This document shows, in pieces, positions 14,860 through 25,900 of a DNA stretch of 64,000 nt (position 1 is its first letter; each line of letters begins with the position of its first letter). Made by a program: the position numbers and the translations under genes. The stretch spans positions 12,214,001-12,278,000 of the forward strand of contig NC_135250.1 of NCBI RefSeq assembly GCF_964204865.1. Reading direction: 5' to 3'. Source of the stretch: Styela clava. Taxonomy: Eukaryota. The notes beneath the pieces are model-generated. The model was not told the origin of the DNA and made no database searches. It saw only the letters and a program-made list of their open reading frames with translations.

Positions 14860-17800
14860 CATGCTTCCCTCGATAATCTCGCCCTGATCGCTAAGGCCAT
14901 CGCGGCTGATCGATTTTCGTTTCCTGCTCCTGACCCTTAAATACTCCCTCCTCAACTGCTCGTCTTGATATCTTTCGCTCGCTGATTGGTATTTTGGTCC
15001 TGCATGCTCCTCTCTATCGCTGGGGCTCGCTCTTTGACCTCGATGATGTTCGGCCCTGATCGCTAAGGCCATCCCCGGCTGATCGATTTTCGTTTTCTTT
15101 CGATTATTTTTCATTTCATCTTCATCTCTGCTCTCTCCTTGGCTGCTGCTCTTGCCTGACCCTTATCCTCCTTCCTCAACTGCTCGTCTTGATATCTTTC
15201 GCTCTATCGCTGGGCTCGCTCACTGTCTGTCGCTCTTTAACCTCGAGGATCTCGCCCTGATCGCTAGGCCATCCCGGCTGATCGATTATTTATTTCCTTT
15301 TCATCTCTGCTCTCTTCTTTTGGCTGCTGCTCTCGCCTGACCCTTAAATCCTCCTCAACTGCTCGTCTTGGATATCTTTCGCTCGCTGATTGTAATTTTG
15401 TCCTGCATGCATGGGCTCCTCTCTATCTCTATCTATCTTTATTTAATTACCCTCGATGATCTCGCCCTGATCGCTGGGCTATCCCGGCTGATCCGATTAT
15501 TTCTTTTTCATCTCTGCTCTCTTTTGGCTGGCTGCTCTCGCCTGACCCCTTAATCCTCCTCAACTGCTCGTCTTGGATATCTTTGGTCCTGCATGTATCG
15601 CTGGGGCTCTCGCTCTTTATTTAAACCTCGATGAGATATCTCGCCCTGATCGCTGGGGCCATCCCGGCTGATCGATTTCGTTTCCTTTTTCATCTCTGTC
15701 TGCTCTCCCTGGCTTTCTCCTTTTCGATTTCGGCTTTGATTTCGTTTCCTTTCGATTATTTTTATTTCCTTTTTCATCTCTGCTCACGGCCTGAACCCTT
15801 CCCCCTCAACTGCTCGCCTTGCTATCTGGAGCCTGGATAACCTACTTCATCTCTTCTTGTCTCCATTTTTAACTCCATCCTGATCCTTGAGCCTGGATGA
15901 CCTACTTCTGGATGACCTGGATGACCTACTACTGCTCTTCTTGTCTCCATTTTTAACTCCATCCTGATCGCTTGGCCATCCCGCTGATCGATTTTCGCTC
16001 ACTCCCATGCTTGGGGCTCCTATTTATTTTATTTCCAGCTTTGCTCACACCTTGGCTGCTGCTCTCGCCTGAACCCTTCCCCCTCAACTGCTCGTCTTGC
16101 TATCTTGAGAGCCTGGATGACTTACTTCTTCTTGACCAGCTTTGCTCACCTTGGCTGCTGCTCTCGCCTGAACCCCTTCCCCCTCAACTGCTCGTCTTGC
16201 TATCTTGAGCCTGGATGACTTACTTCAAGCTTGGCCATCCCGCTGATCGATGTTGGCTGGCTCCTGTTTATTTCCCCCTCAACTGCTTCCCCCATCAACG
16301 GCCTTGCTATCTGGAGCCTGGATGACCTACTTCATCTCTTCTTGTCTTCTTGTCTCCATTTTTAACCCCATCCTGAATCCTTGAGCCTGGATGACCTACT
16401 TCTGGATGACTTTACTTCTGGATGACTTGGATTACCTACTGCTCTTCTTGTCTCCATTTTTAACTCCATCCTGATCGCTTTGGCCATCCCGCTGATCGAT
16501 TTTCGCTCACTCCCATGCTTATGCTCCCATGCTGGCTGGCTCCTCTATTTTATTTCCTTTTCATCTCTGCTCTCCTTGGCTGCTGCTCTCGCCTGAACCC
16601 TTCCTTCCCCCTCAACTGCTCGCCTTGCTATCTGGAGCCTGGATGACCTCTCCATTTTTAAGCCTGGATGACCTACTTTTTTCTGGATGACTCTTCTTGT
16701 CTCCATTTTTAACTCCATCCTGATCGCTTGGCCATCCTGCTGATCGATTTTCGCTCACTCCCATGCCTTGTGGCTCCTATTTATTTTATTTGCAGCTTTG
16801 CTCGCCTTGGCTGCTGCTCCCGCCTGAACCCTTCCCCCTCAACTGCTCGTCTTGAAGCCTGGATGACTTCTTACTTCTTCTTGAGCCTGGATGACTTACA
16901 CTTACTTACTCGCTCACTCCCATGCTTGTGGCTCCTATTTATTTTATTTCCAGCTTTGCTCTCCTTGGCTGCTGCTCTCGCCTGAAACCCTTCCCCCTCA
17001 ACTGCTCGTCTTGAAGCCTGGATGACTTACTTCTTACTTCTTCTTGAGCCTGGATGACTTACTTCAGCTTGGCCATCCCGCTGATCGATGTGGGCTAGCT
17101 AACACCCATGCTGGCTGGCTCCTGTTTATTTCCCCCTCAACTGCTTCCCTCTCAACTGCTCGCCTTGCTTATCTGGAGCCTGGATGACCTACTTCATCTC
17201 TTCTTGTCTTCATTTTTAACTCCATCCTGATCCTTGAGCCTAGATGACCTACTTCTGGATGACCTGGATGACCTCCTGCTCTTCTTGTCTCCATTTTTAA
17301 CTCCATCCTGATCGCTTGGCCATCCCGCTGATCGATTTTCGCTCACTCCCATGCTTGTTTTATTTCCAGCTTGGCTCTCCTTGGCTGCTGCTCTCGCCTG
17401 AACCCTTCCCCCACAACTGCTCAACTTCTCGTCTTGCTCTCTTGAGCCTGGATGACTTACTTGTTACTTCTTCTTGAGCCTGGATGACTTACTTCAGCTT
17501 GGCCATCCCGCTGATCGATGTGGGCTAACAACACCCATGCTGGCTGGCTCCTGTTTATTTCTTTTTTCATCTGCTCTCTCCTTGGCTGCTGCTCTCGCCG
17601 CGGATCGATTTTCGGCTCACTCCCATGCTGGTTCTCCTATTCCGCCCTCAACTGTTGGGCCTTGTTATTTCGCCCGCTCTTACTTCATCTCTCTCTTGTC
17701 TCCATTTTTAACTCCATCCTGATCGCCTGGTCATCGATTTTCGCTCACTCCCATGCTGATTTATTTTATTCCCAGCTTTGCCCTCCTTGGCTTATTTATT

Positions 17801-18135
17801 TTATTTCCAGCTTTGCTCTCCTTGGCTGCTGCTCTCGCCTGAACCCTTCCCCCTCAACTGCTCGTCTTGCTATCTTGAGCCTGGATGACTTACTTCAGCT
17901 TGGCCATCCCGCTGATCGATGTGGGCTAACAACACCCATGCTGGCTGGCTCCTGTTTATTTCCTTTCATCTCTTGCTCTCTCCTTGGCTGCTGCTCTCGC
18001 CTGACCTTTTCCCCCCTCAACTGCTCTCGTCTTGATGTCTTTCGCCTCGATGACTTCACCTTGACTCCCATGCTGGCTCCTACCTATTTTTCTCTTTCCA
18101 TCTCTGCTCTCCTGGCTACTGCTCTCGCCTGCGTC
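14860..18135. repeat. Complex pyrimidine-rich mosaic tandem array built from shuffled 15-50 bp modules
   Basis: Recurrent modules: ccttggctgctgctctcgcctga, ccccctcaactgctcgtcttg, gagcctggatgacttacttc, tcttcttgtctccatttttaactccatcctgatc, ggccatcccgctgatcgat, tttcgctcactcccatgct. They recur in varying order, and the + strand is strongly C/T-rich. Confidence 0.95.
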
Positions 18136-18169
18136 TTTCCCCATCAACCGTCTGCCTTGTCTGATGGTC

Positions 18170-18258
18170 CACCCCTACAACTCACTCCACCATGTGGGAT
18201 TCGAACCACGGTCCTAATGTTTGATCACGACCTAACGCTTCCCCTGAGCTACCGCTAC
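18170..18258 (-). ncRNA. tRNA-derived (SINE-like) head with Pol III A and B boxes, facing the mosaic array
   Basis: Minus strand reads gtagcggTAGCTCAGGGGaagcgttaggtc...gtGGTTCGAATCCcac. The A box is at 18251-18241 and the B box at 18207-18197. There is no acceptor stem, so it is not a functional tRNA. Confidence 0.7.
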
Positions 18259-19030
18259 TGTTGAGGATATGGTGGAAAAAAATCTTACCTAATTAACGAC
18301 GTCACACTTGGCAGCCTATGACGAGGCTAATCGCCTACAGAACTGATGGCGCACAACCTGAACCCTAATCTGGTACACATACTATGTTAAGATTGTGCGC
18401 CATCTTGGTGCATATATTTCGGGAGCTCCCAAATTACATTGATTCGAAGCATGTGTATTCATACCGCAATTGAAAGCGTTCATCTGGGACTATCGTGTGC
18501 GCTGCTTCAACTGTTGAATGCGTGAATATCCTGTTTTAAAACTGTTGTTCATTTTAGTTTAGTTTTTAAGGAAAATGCTAAGATAATTCAAACTAGTGAA
18601 TGTTCAAACCAAATTTCTGACTGTCAGTGAAGGAATACTAATTTAATCTTTCAGTCACTTGTGCTAACTAGCCGTCGTATCTCTGGTTTACTTTTCTGAA
18701 TTTATAAAACATCTCAGATCAAAATTGGCGATGCGTTATGCCCTTTCATAGATTGAAACGATATCATATACACTAAACAATGAAAAACACCGTAAATTTT
18801 GTCTAAAAAGCCCCACGACATGTGAAATATGCTACCCCAGGCACTAAAGATGAAATGTAGTAAATTACGCGTGCTATGTATCTTTCTATTCATTCTGATA
18901 CTACGTCGAGGTCACGCGTCATATTTCCCGTGATTCAGATGAAATTTCAGCTAATCAATGTGAAAGCTATGGTCAATTAATCTTCCATTGTATTATAAGT
19001 GCATTCATTGCGGTTTGTATATTAAAATTT

Positions 19031-19142
19031 TGGACCTCCTGAAGTATGTGCACCAAGATGTCGCATAACTTGAACCCTAACCTGGTACACAACCTGAGTT
19101 CAGGTTGTGCGCCATCTTGGTGCGAATACTTCAGGAGGTCCA
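19031..19142. mobile_element. Palindromic MITE family A, short form
   Basis: tggacctcctgaagtatgtgcaccaagatg...catcttggtgcgaatacttcaggaggtcca hairpin. Other copies at 3882-3984, 18345-18432, 40851-40962 and 51955-52016. Confidence 0.85.
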
Positions 19143-19983
19143 AAATTTCTTTGCTCCCAAAGCACGTGCTTATTTTGCCTAATGGACAAGACAGCAAATC
19201 TCAATATATATATATGAAATTTATCTGTGAAATTTAGCAGCATTTATGGCTTTTATTTATCGTATATATTATAAAAGGTTTAGCTTTTGAATTGTGGGCT
19301 CCGTGAATAATAATCAACTTCTTCAACGGCTCCGTAACACCAAAAGTTTGAGATATCCTGCATTATAGGGCCCAGTGCTGAACAAAAATAGAATTAAAAT
19401 CAATGGGTATAACTTTATTATCTCGAATAAATCGCACAATATATTAAAAAAAAAAATAGAGTAAGAATTCACCCACACTGGTGTACATATATATTCGATT
19501 GGAGTATAAAATATATTTATTCAGTAAGTACAGTACTATGAGTTATATTCCATGGAAACGATCTGTCGAAAAATTACCTTTCTAAGGATTTTGGAACCAT
19601 GTGTATTCGCTCAAATCATGTTGTCAACACTTAAAGTGAGAAGACGTTACGTTAAATTTGAAGCAAGTGTAAGTTAATAACGCCTTGGGAATCTACTTAC
19701 GACGAAAGATATTTCAATCTTATATATTTTCTTGGTATGGCAGCAAACACTTTGATGTGAGCGCAGAGCAGTAGGACAATTCACTATAAAAATAATTAAA
19801 AGTGTTTCAATTTAGCCTTTTCCACGAAGCTTCAAAGTCAGGCTAGTCCTGTTTACTACTTATTGTTATTGTTATTTTTGTACCCATGGTAACAATTCAG
19901 TGATTTCTAATGTACAATTGAACATTTTAGTACAGTCTAATTATGAATATATTGCTGATTTCATTGGAATCTTCAGAATTTCA

Positions 19984-22900
19984 TCAATTTCGTTTCCAAA
20001 CAAATTCAGGACTCCCACACTGTGTTCCAGTATATTTATGTATCCAAGAATTGTAATAAGCAACTCTAGTATAAACTCCTGGTTCATCTTGTACTCCGCA
20101 CTGTAGCCCAAAGCTGACAATTCCGTCGACATACCATCTATCCCCTCGCTTGCACATCAAAGGACCTCCACTGTCACCCTAGTAGATGAACGAAAAATAA
20201 ATAAATACATAACTTGAGCTCCTGCCAAAAAATGGATAGCGTGAATGCCAAAGATGAAAAAAAAATTTCTACGCCATTCAAGAGCGTTTCGTCTACGCTA
20301 CGGATCTTGCTTTGCGAAATAAACGTATTTTCAAGAAAAACATTACTATAGGAATGCGTAATGGTCGGATAAACGGTAGAGGTGATGTGCAGTTCTATTA
20401 CAAAAATTGTAAAGTAACAACAATTTGTACTTTAAATACTCATTATCGCGAAATAGTGGCTGCACAATATTCTACAAGCTAACCCTTTTTTCTATCGTGG
20501 CCCATTTTTATTGCCCAAAAATTCTCAAGGCCCATTAATTTTTTATTGCGAAGGAAAAACTACAAGAAACATTATACTCTTTCTGCGAGAATGAACACTT
20601 TCCCTTTAGTAATTAGAATGGAAATTACCACTCAGTAGCATCAGAAAAGAGCATCATCAATCATTGATACTACAATCAAAATAGTCAAGGGTAGTGGTAC
20701 AAAACAGTCAGCAATAATTATCAATAGTTCTGCGGCCCACCTCAAAATCTTTCCGTTACCAAGTAGTGGGCCATAGCCCACTAGGTGAGAACCAGTGATC
20801 TAGGCGAAATATTAAACCACTCTCTGTTCATGAATTAAGTTTGTATTGATCACCAGTTTGTATTTGTAGCAATAGAATTACCTTACAATGTTTTATGCCT
20901 CAATATTGCATCATTTTTGACGCCATATATAAGTAAAAAGTTCCATTTTATTCATTTGGGAGTTATTTAAAACTCTCGCTCTAGTTCGTATTTCATAAAT
21001 ATAATGAGTTTGTTACTTTACTACCGTTTTACTTGTAAACTAATTGCTTACCGGACATGTATCAACATTTTTCTGTCCTCCAACACAGTGCATTTTATTG
21101 ATATCAAAATGACGAAACAAATCTCTACATAGCGAATGTCTTCTTGCATATAACTTAACTTGTTTCAAAACCCGAATAATTGTGGTAGTTGTTTTAATAT
21201 CTGAAAAAGTGATTTTAAAATAATATTTTCACATTTTCTAGAATTTATTTATTAGTTTGATAGAAAATTATATTGGTGGACATTTCAATAATAAAGCTTG
21301 TTATGATCAAAGTCAGGTCAAGTCAAGTTCATTTGTTTCGACCAGTAATTATGAAAAAAAATAAAGCACACACAAAATATGAAGAAAAAAGATAATCTCA
21401 TAATTGAAGGAAGTTCATCATTCAATAATGATAAAAATATGATAAAGATAAACATTTCATTTTATAAGTTGTTTATCCGTATTTTCCAATGCGCTTTATT
21501 TCAATTTTATGTTTTGAGTATCAATGGATACCAATAATGAAAATTTAAGTACGATATTATCTAACTTTACTGAACTGGGCTCATGTAGACTTACCAATGT
21601 TTGTCTCGGCGCCCCACCCCGCCGATATGCAGCTTTCACCATTGACAAAGCTTGGATAAAAGTCGAAACTTTGATTAAAAACACACGCCGGCCGGATAAG
21701 TTTATTAAGAGGTATTCTGTTTGGGAGCTGTATTAACGCGATGTCGTTCATTTGGCTTGTAACGTCGTAGTCTTCGTGAGGAATGATACGTTGTGGCACA
21801 ATATTTGCCTGGAATAAAGTGATAGTTAAAAATTCGACGGGATCACTTTCATGTGCCGTAGAATACTAGAAAAAGACTATGTTACTGTATTCGTTATGTT
21901 ACATACCTAATTTTAATTTCTCATCTATAGTGAATGGTTCAATGAGTACAAATTTGGGCACTCCAGAAGTGTGTGTAACAATATGTAATAGGTAACTAAT
22001 TTTGTTCGCCTACTTTACATCAAGTTGTTTTAAGGGCCTGAAACCTACGAGAAGGGGATATATTTACTTGGCTAACACAGACAGTCCCCGAACTCGTAAT
22101 AGAACTAAAATAAAGAAAATCGGAATAAAATTATGGCCTAACCCTAACCTCATACACACACTACGGGAGTACCCAAATTTGTTTGAGGAGATGTTGTTAA
22201 TACGATAAATTTTCGCTCTTCGAGAAAGTGACGGAAGCGATTTACATTAGCAACGGTTTAGTGTTTTTGACAAAGATTGTCGCTTCAATATATAAACCAT
22301 ATAGTTTTGTAGTTATTCATTTCCGAGAGGAAAAATAAACCTATATTATTTTTGATTCAGGAAAAAAATCTTACCAGCATGCCCGTAGCCAGATCCAGCA
22401 AGTTATAGTCTTTGTGATGTTTCCCAATATGAAGTCTATACTTTCTAACATCCAATCTTAAAAAGATGAAAGAAAACGTCATTTTATGAAATTCATCGAA
22501 CGAAAAAGTTTTCAGAGTAATTATTCACAATTAGATTCCAATATTGCAAAACGATTCGAAGATATTTTCTCGAAAAGATGAAGGTTCTACGAAAATTCGC
22601 CGTAATAAATCTCGCCGCCGGAAATTTCGCCGCACGACCATTTTTCTGTAAAACAAGTATTTGTGATAAAAACAGTTAGGTTTTTGAGGTACCGGTACCT
22701 TTTATTTGAAAAAGTTTCGTTGTTTAAGAGCATACCCCTTTTCATAACCCTATAAACCTAACTGTTTTTATCACAAATACTTGTTTTACAGAAAAATGCT
22801 CTTGCGGCAATTTTTATACGGCGAATTTTCCTACGCGGCTAAATTTCCTGCGGCGAGATTTCCTACGGCAAATTTTCCAGACACGCAAAGAAAGTGTTCA

Positions 22901-25900
22901 TTCAATATTTTAACAGTGGAATTATTTACTTACTCCACCCATCCTTTTCCAGGAGCCAGAAAGCAATGTGATGCAGTGAGAACCCATCTGTCACATATCA
23001 GGGTTCCCCCACATGTTAATGAGTATTTACCATTTGCAATTTTCTCAATCTGCACCATCCATGGCCACGATCCTTTTACTGCAGTTTCGCCACCTAATAA
23101 TATTTTTCCTTTTAAATTTCATCGAATATTTTTATATAGTAAAGTGGATAATCCTACTTGGTAAAAATTCTATACCGGTACATTTAAAAAACAGATTATT
23201 AAATGGTTTCAATCAAAATGATGGTTTAAATTTAAAACATATTCCTCAGTTTACAGACGCCAACTCGCGAAACCTCTCATAAAATGAGCATCAAAACTTT
23301 TACAATAATAAAGCATAGGAAGGATTTCTATGTGGTTAGAGGTCCGGGAAACTTCCATACATTGTGCATTTTAGCAGAAGCCAATGTAATGGATGTTTCC
23401 CCGCCTTTGATTCCGAAAAATGCTTCTCATAGTTTGGTGCTTATTTTAGGAATGGTTCCGCCTAGTTGGCACCTATAGACTGGTTTATATGTTTCAAACT
23501 ATCATTTAGATTCAAAATATTCAACAACCTGTCATTTAAAAGTATCGGCAGAAAAATTTAGCATAGTCTATCACAGCTATTTCTAGACTAATTTTTCACT
23601 AGCCTACTGCAATTAAACTAAAACTCCTACGAAGACAAAATGTTCATTGCGTTATTTGATTCATACTTCAGTTTTTGTAACACTAGTAAAAACTATCAAA
23701 TAGCACGTAAAAAAACAAAAACGAAGTAATGTTTACAATCGTGCCTGAAAATCTGTCTGAGTGACAAAAGTGTCTCAGAGGCTGGTAAAACGTCTATTGT
23801 TACTTCACTTTTTGCATCTTGCTGATAAATATATACATATATATATATTTATTAGATTCTGTCTACACAATTTTTGACAATATATAAAATTACTTTTCGT
23901 ATCAGATGAGTACAGAGAAGGGCAGTCAGGAAAAAAATATTTTAGCCACTATAGGAAAAATTTGACACTCACCAACAATCCTCAACATAGGCTGATAGTG
24001 CTGTTTTCCGCATGTAATATCGGTGTTATCTACAAAAAAAATTGTATCACAATTTCACTTATCACTCGCGTGGGTCCAGTAAATAAGATTTCCGTTATAA
24101 AAAGTGTGTATAATTTATTAATAGTTTTACAATATGAAAGCAGACTTTTCGGAACAATTGATAAGGTGTAATGCCTGTTAATATAACTACTGTACTCTGA
24201 TTCTTTTTCGAGTACTTTTCTCAAACAATGTATGTCAATAATGTCAGGTCACGATAAGTGACAATTTCGTATTTGTAATTAAATTTGCCTTGACCTCCAA
24301 CTATCATAAAATTACATAACATAACTAATAAAATAGTTAGTAATAAAAAAGTTTTCATACACCTGAAATAATGGAAAATACATCTTAGATGGACATGCAT
24401 GCCAAAACGAAAATACCAGCAAATAAGATTATGAAATAATTATATCGACACTCACGAGTAATCTTGTTACCCGGACATGCTCTTTTTGTCACACATGCTC
24501 CTTGGTGAAATACTGGTCTGATACGAGGACATGCACATCCGGATTCACAAGCAGATGCTAGATTACGACAATTTACACCAGGCCTGCAAGTTTGCTCACA
24601 TTTTGGTTTGCAGGAAAACCAAACTTTATCACCGGCACATTTTTGACTCACTACAACAAAAAACCCCAAACAAAAATGTTTAAAAAAAGGATTTTTAAAA
24701 ATCAAATCAAGTCCTGTAAGTAAACAAAGTATGGTACTGTACTGTAAAAACGACTTACTAGTATATGATATGGCGATATCTAGATAATCATTCTAGAAAC
24801 ACGATTTAGAAACTCGGGTGAGCTGTTATCTAGTAGCGTTATATGTGAAACAATATATTTAATATGACGAGTGATTTGCTATCGCTATCATGCGCTTAAG
24901 CCTATGATGTTGAACGTGCATGGATATTAAACTGAAATATGGAACAGTCAAACAAACAACTCAAAAAGCAATATCACCCAAAGTCCCAAATTGACATGCA
25001 TGAAATACGTAAATGAACATCAAACTATGCTGTAGTTTGCATGTTTTCTCCGAGCCCATGGGAAATACCATGAAACGCAGACTGAACGTTTTTAACATAT
25101 ACCCAGGGGGTAATTACAAAGACAATCTAAACTTTAGATATTCAGCAACGTCACAGAATTCGCTTACAAACTCTTTTGCGCAATGAAGTTTTGCCTTATC
25201 GCACACCATGTTTTGCATTTGGTTTATAGTGTCAATTTTTATGAACATAATGATATGAAGTCAACGTACATTCTCTCTGGCAAGCTTGACTTGTAACACA
25301 TCTCCCTGCATTCATGAATTGACCATTTGGACAGACGCAAACAAATCCATTGATGGGGTTCATGGACATTCTCGTTTGGCGAACACAATCTTCTATACTG
25401 GCTTGAATATTTTTACAAGTTCTAAGGCATTGGCCCTGAACTAGTCCAAGTGGTTTGCAAACGTCGAGAACTTCTTTTATTCTGGCTAGATATAAAGAAT
25501 TTATCCATATTAGATTTCAACTTTAACTGTCTGAATTTTAACACAAAATAAATATTACCTGTCTTATTTTGGCTAAAAATATAACAGAAGGAATAAAATA
25601 TCATTCACAATGCCCTAGAAATCTAACATTCGTGATGAGAATATATAGAACGGGAAATTTTGACTACATTTCTTTAGGAAACTATTTTTTGACAACGTTA
25701 GCTCTTGAAATGATATGCAATAGATAAGGTTGTTTACAAAAAATAGCTTTGGGCATTTCTAATGCAAAATCTCACAAACTTGCGATATCGCCGAGACAAA
25801 GGTTACCGCACAGGTGAAAACAACAATATAATATGCACAAAATGCGCGTTTCAGTTGGGTAGAGGCGCGGTGGTGTGGCTCAATGGGCTACGCGTTAGGA

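Noticed and set aside
14860-18135. CRISPR-like array or hammerhead retrozyme
   Set aside because: There is no constant repeat with unique spacers and the context is eukaryotic. I found no CUGANGA plus GAAA core in the repeating modules.
14595-18264. ORFs in the mosaic array (e.g. 17518-18264, 248 aa; 14698-15114)
   Set aside because: They are by-products of an A-poor repeat that lacks stops. The same modules are read in different frames and no domain is recognisable.
23094-23110. Unusual activation site K-ILLGG
   Set aside because: This sequence is intronic. The real site is R|IVG-G, formed by splicing 23973 to 23093.
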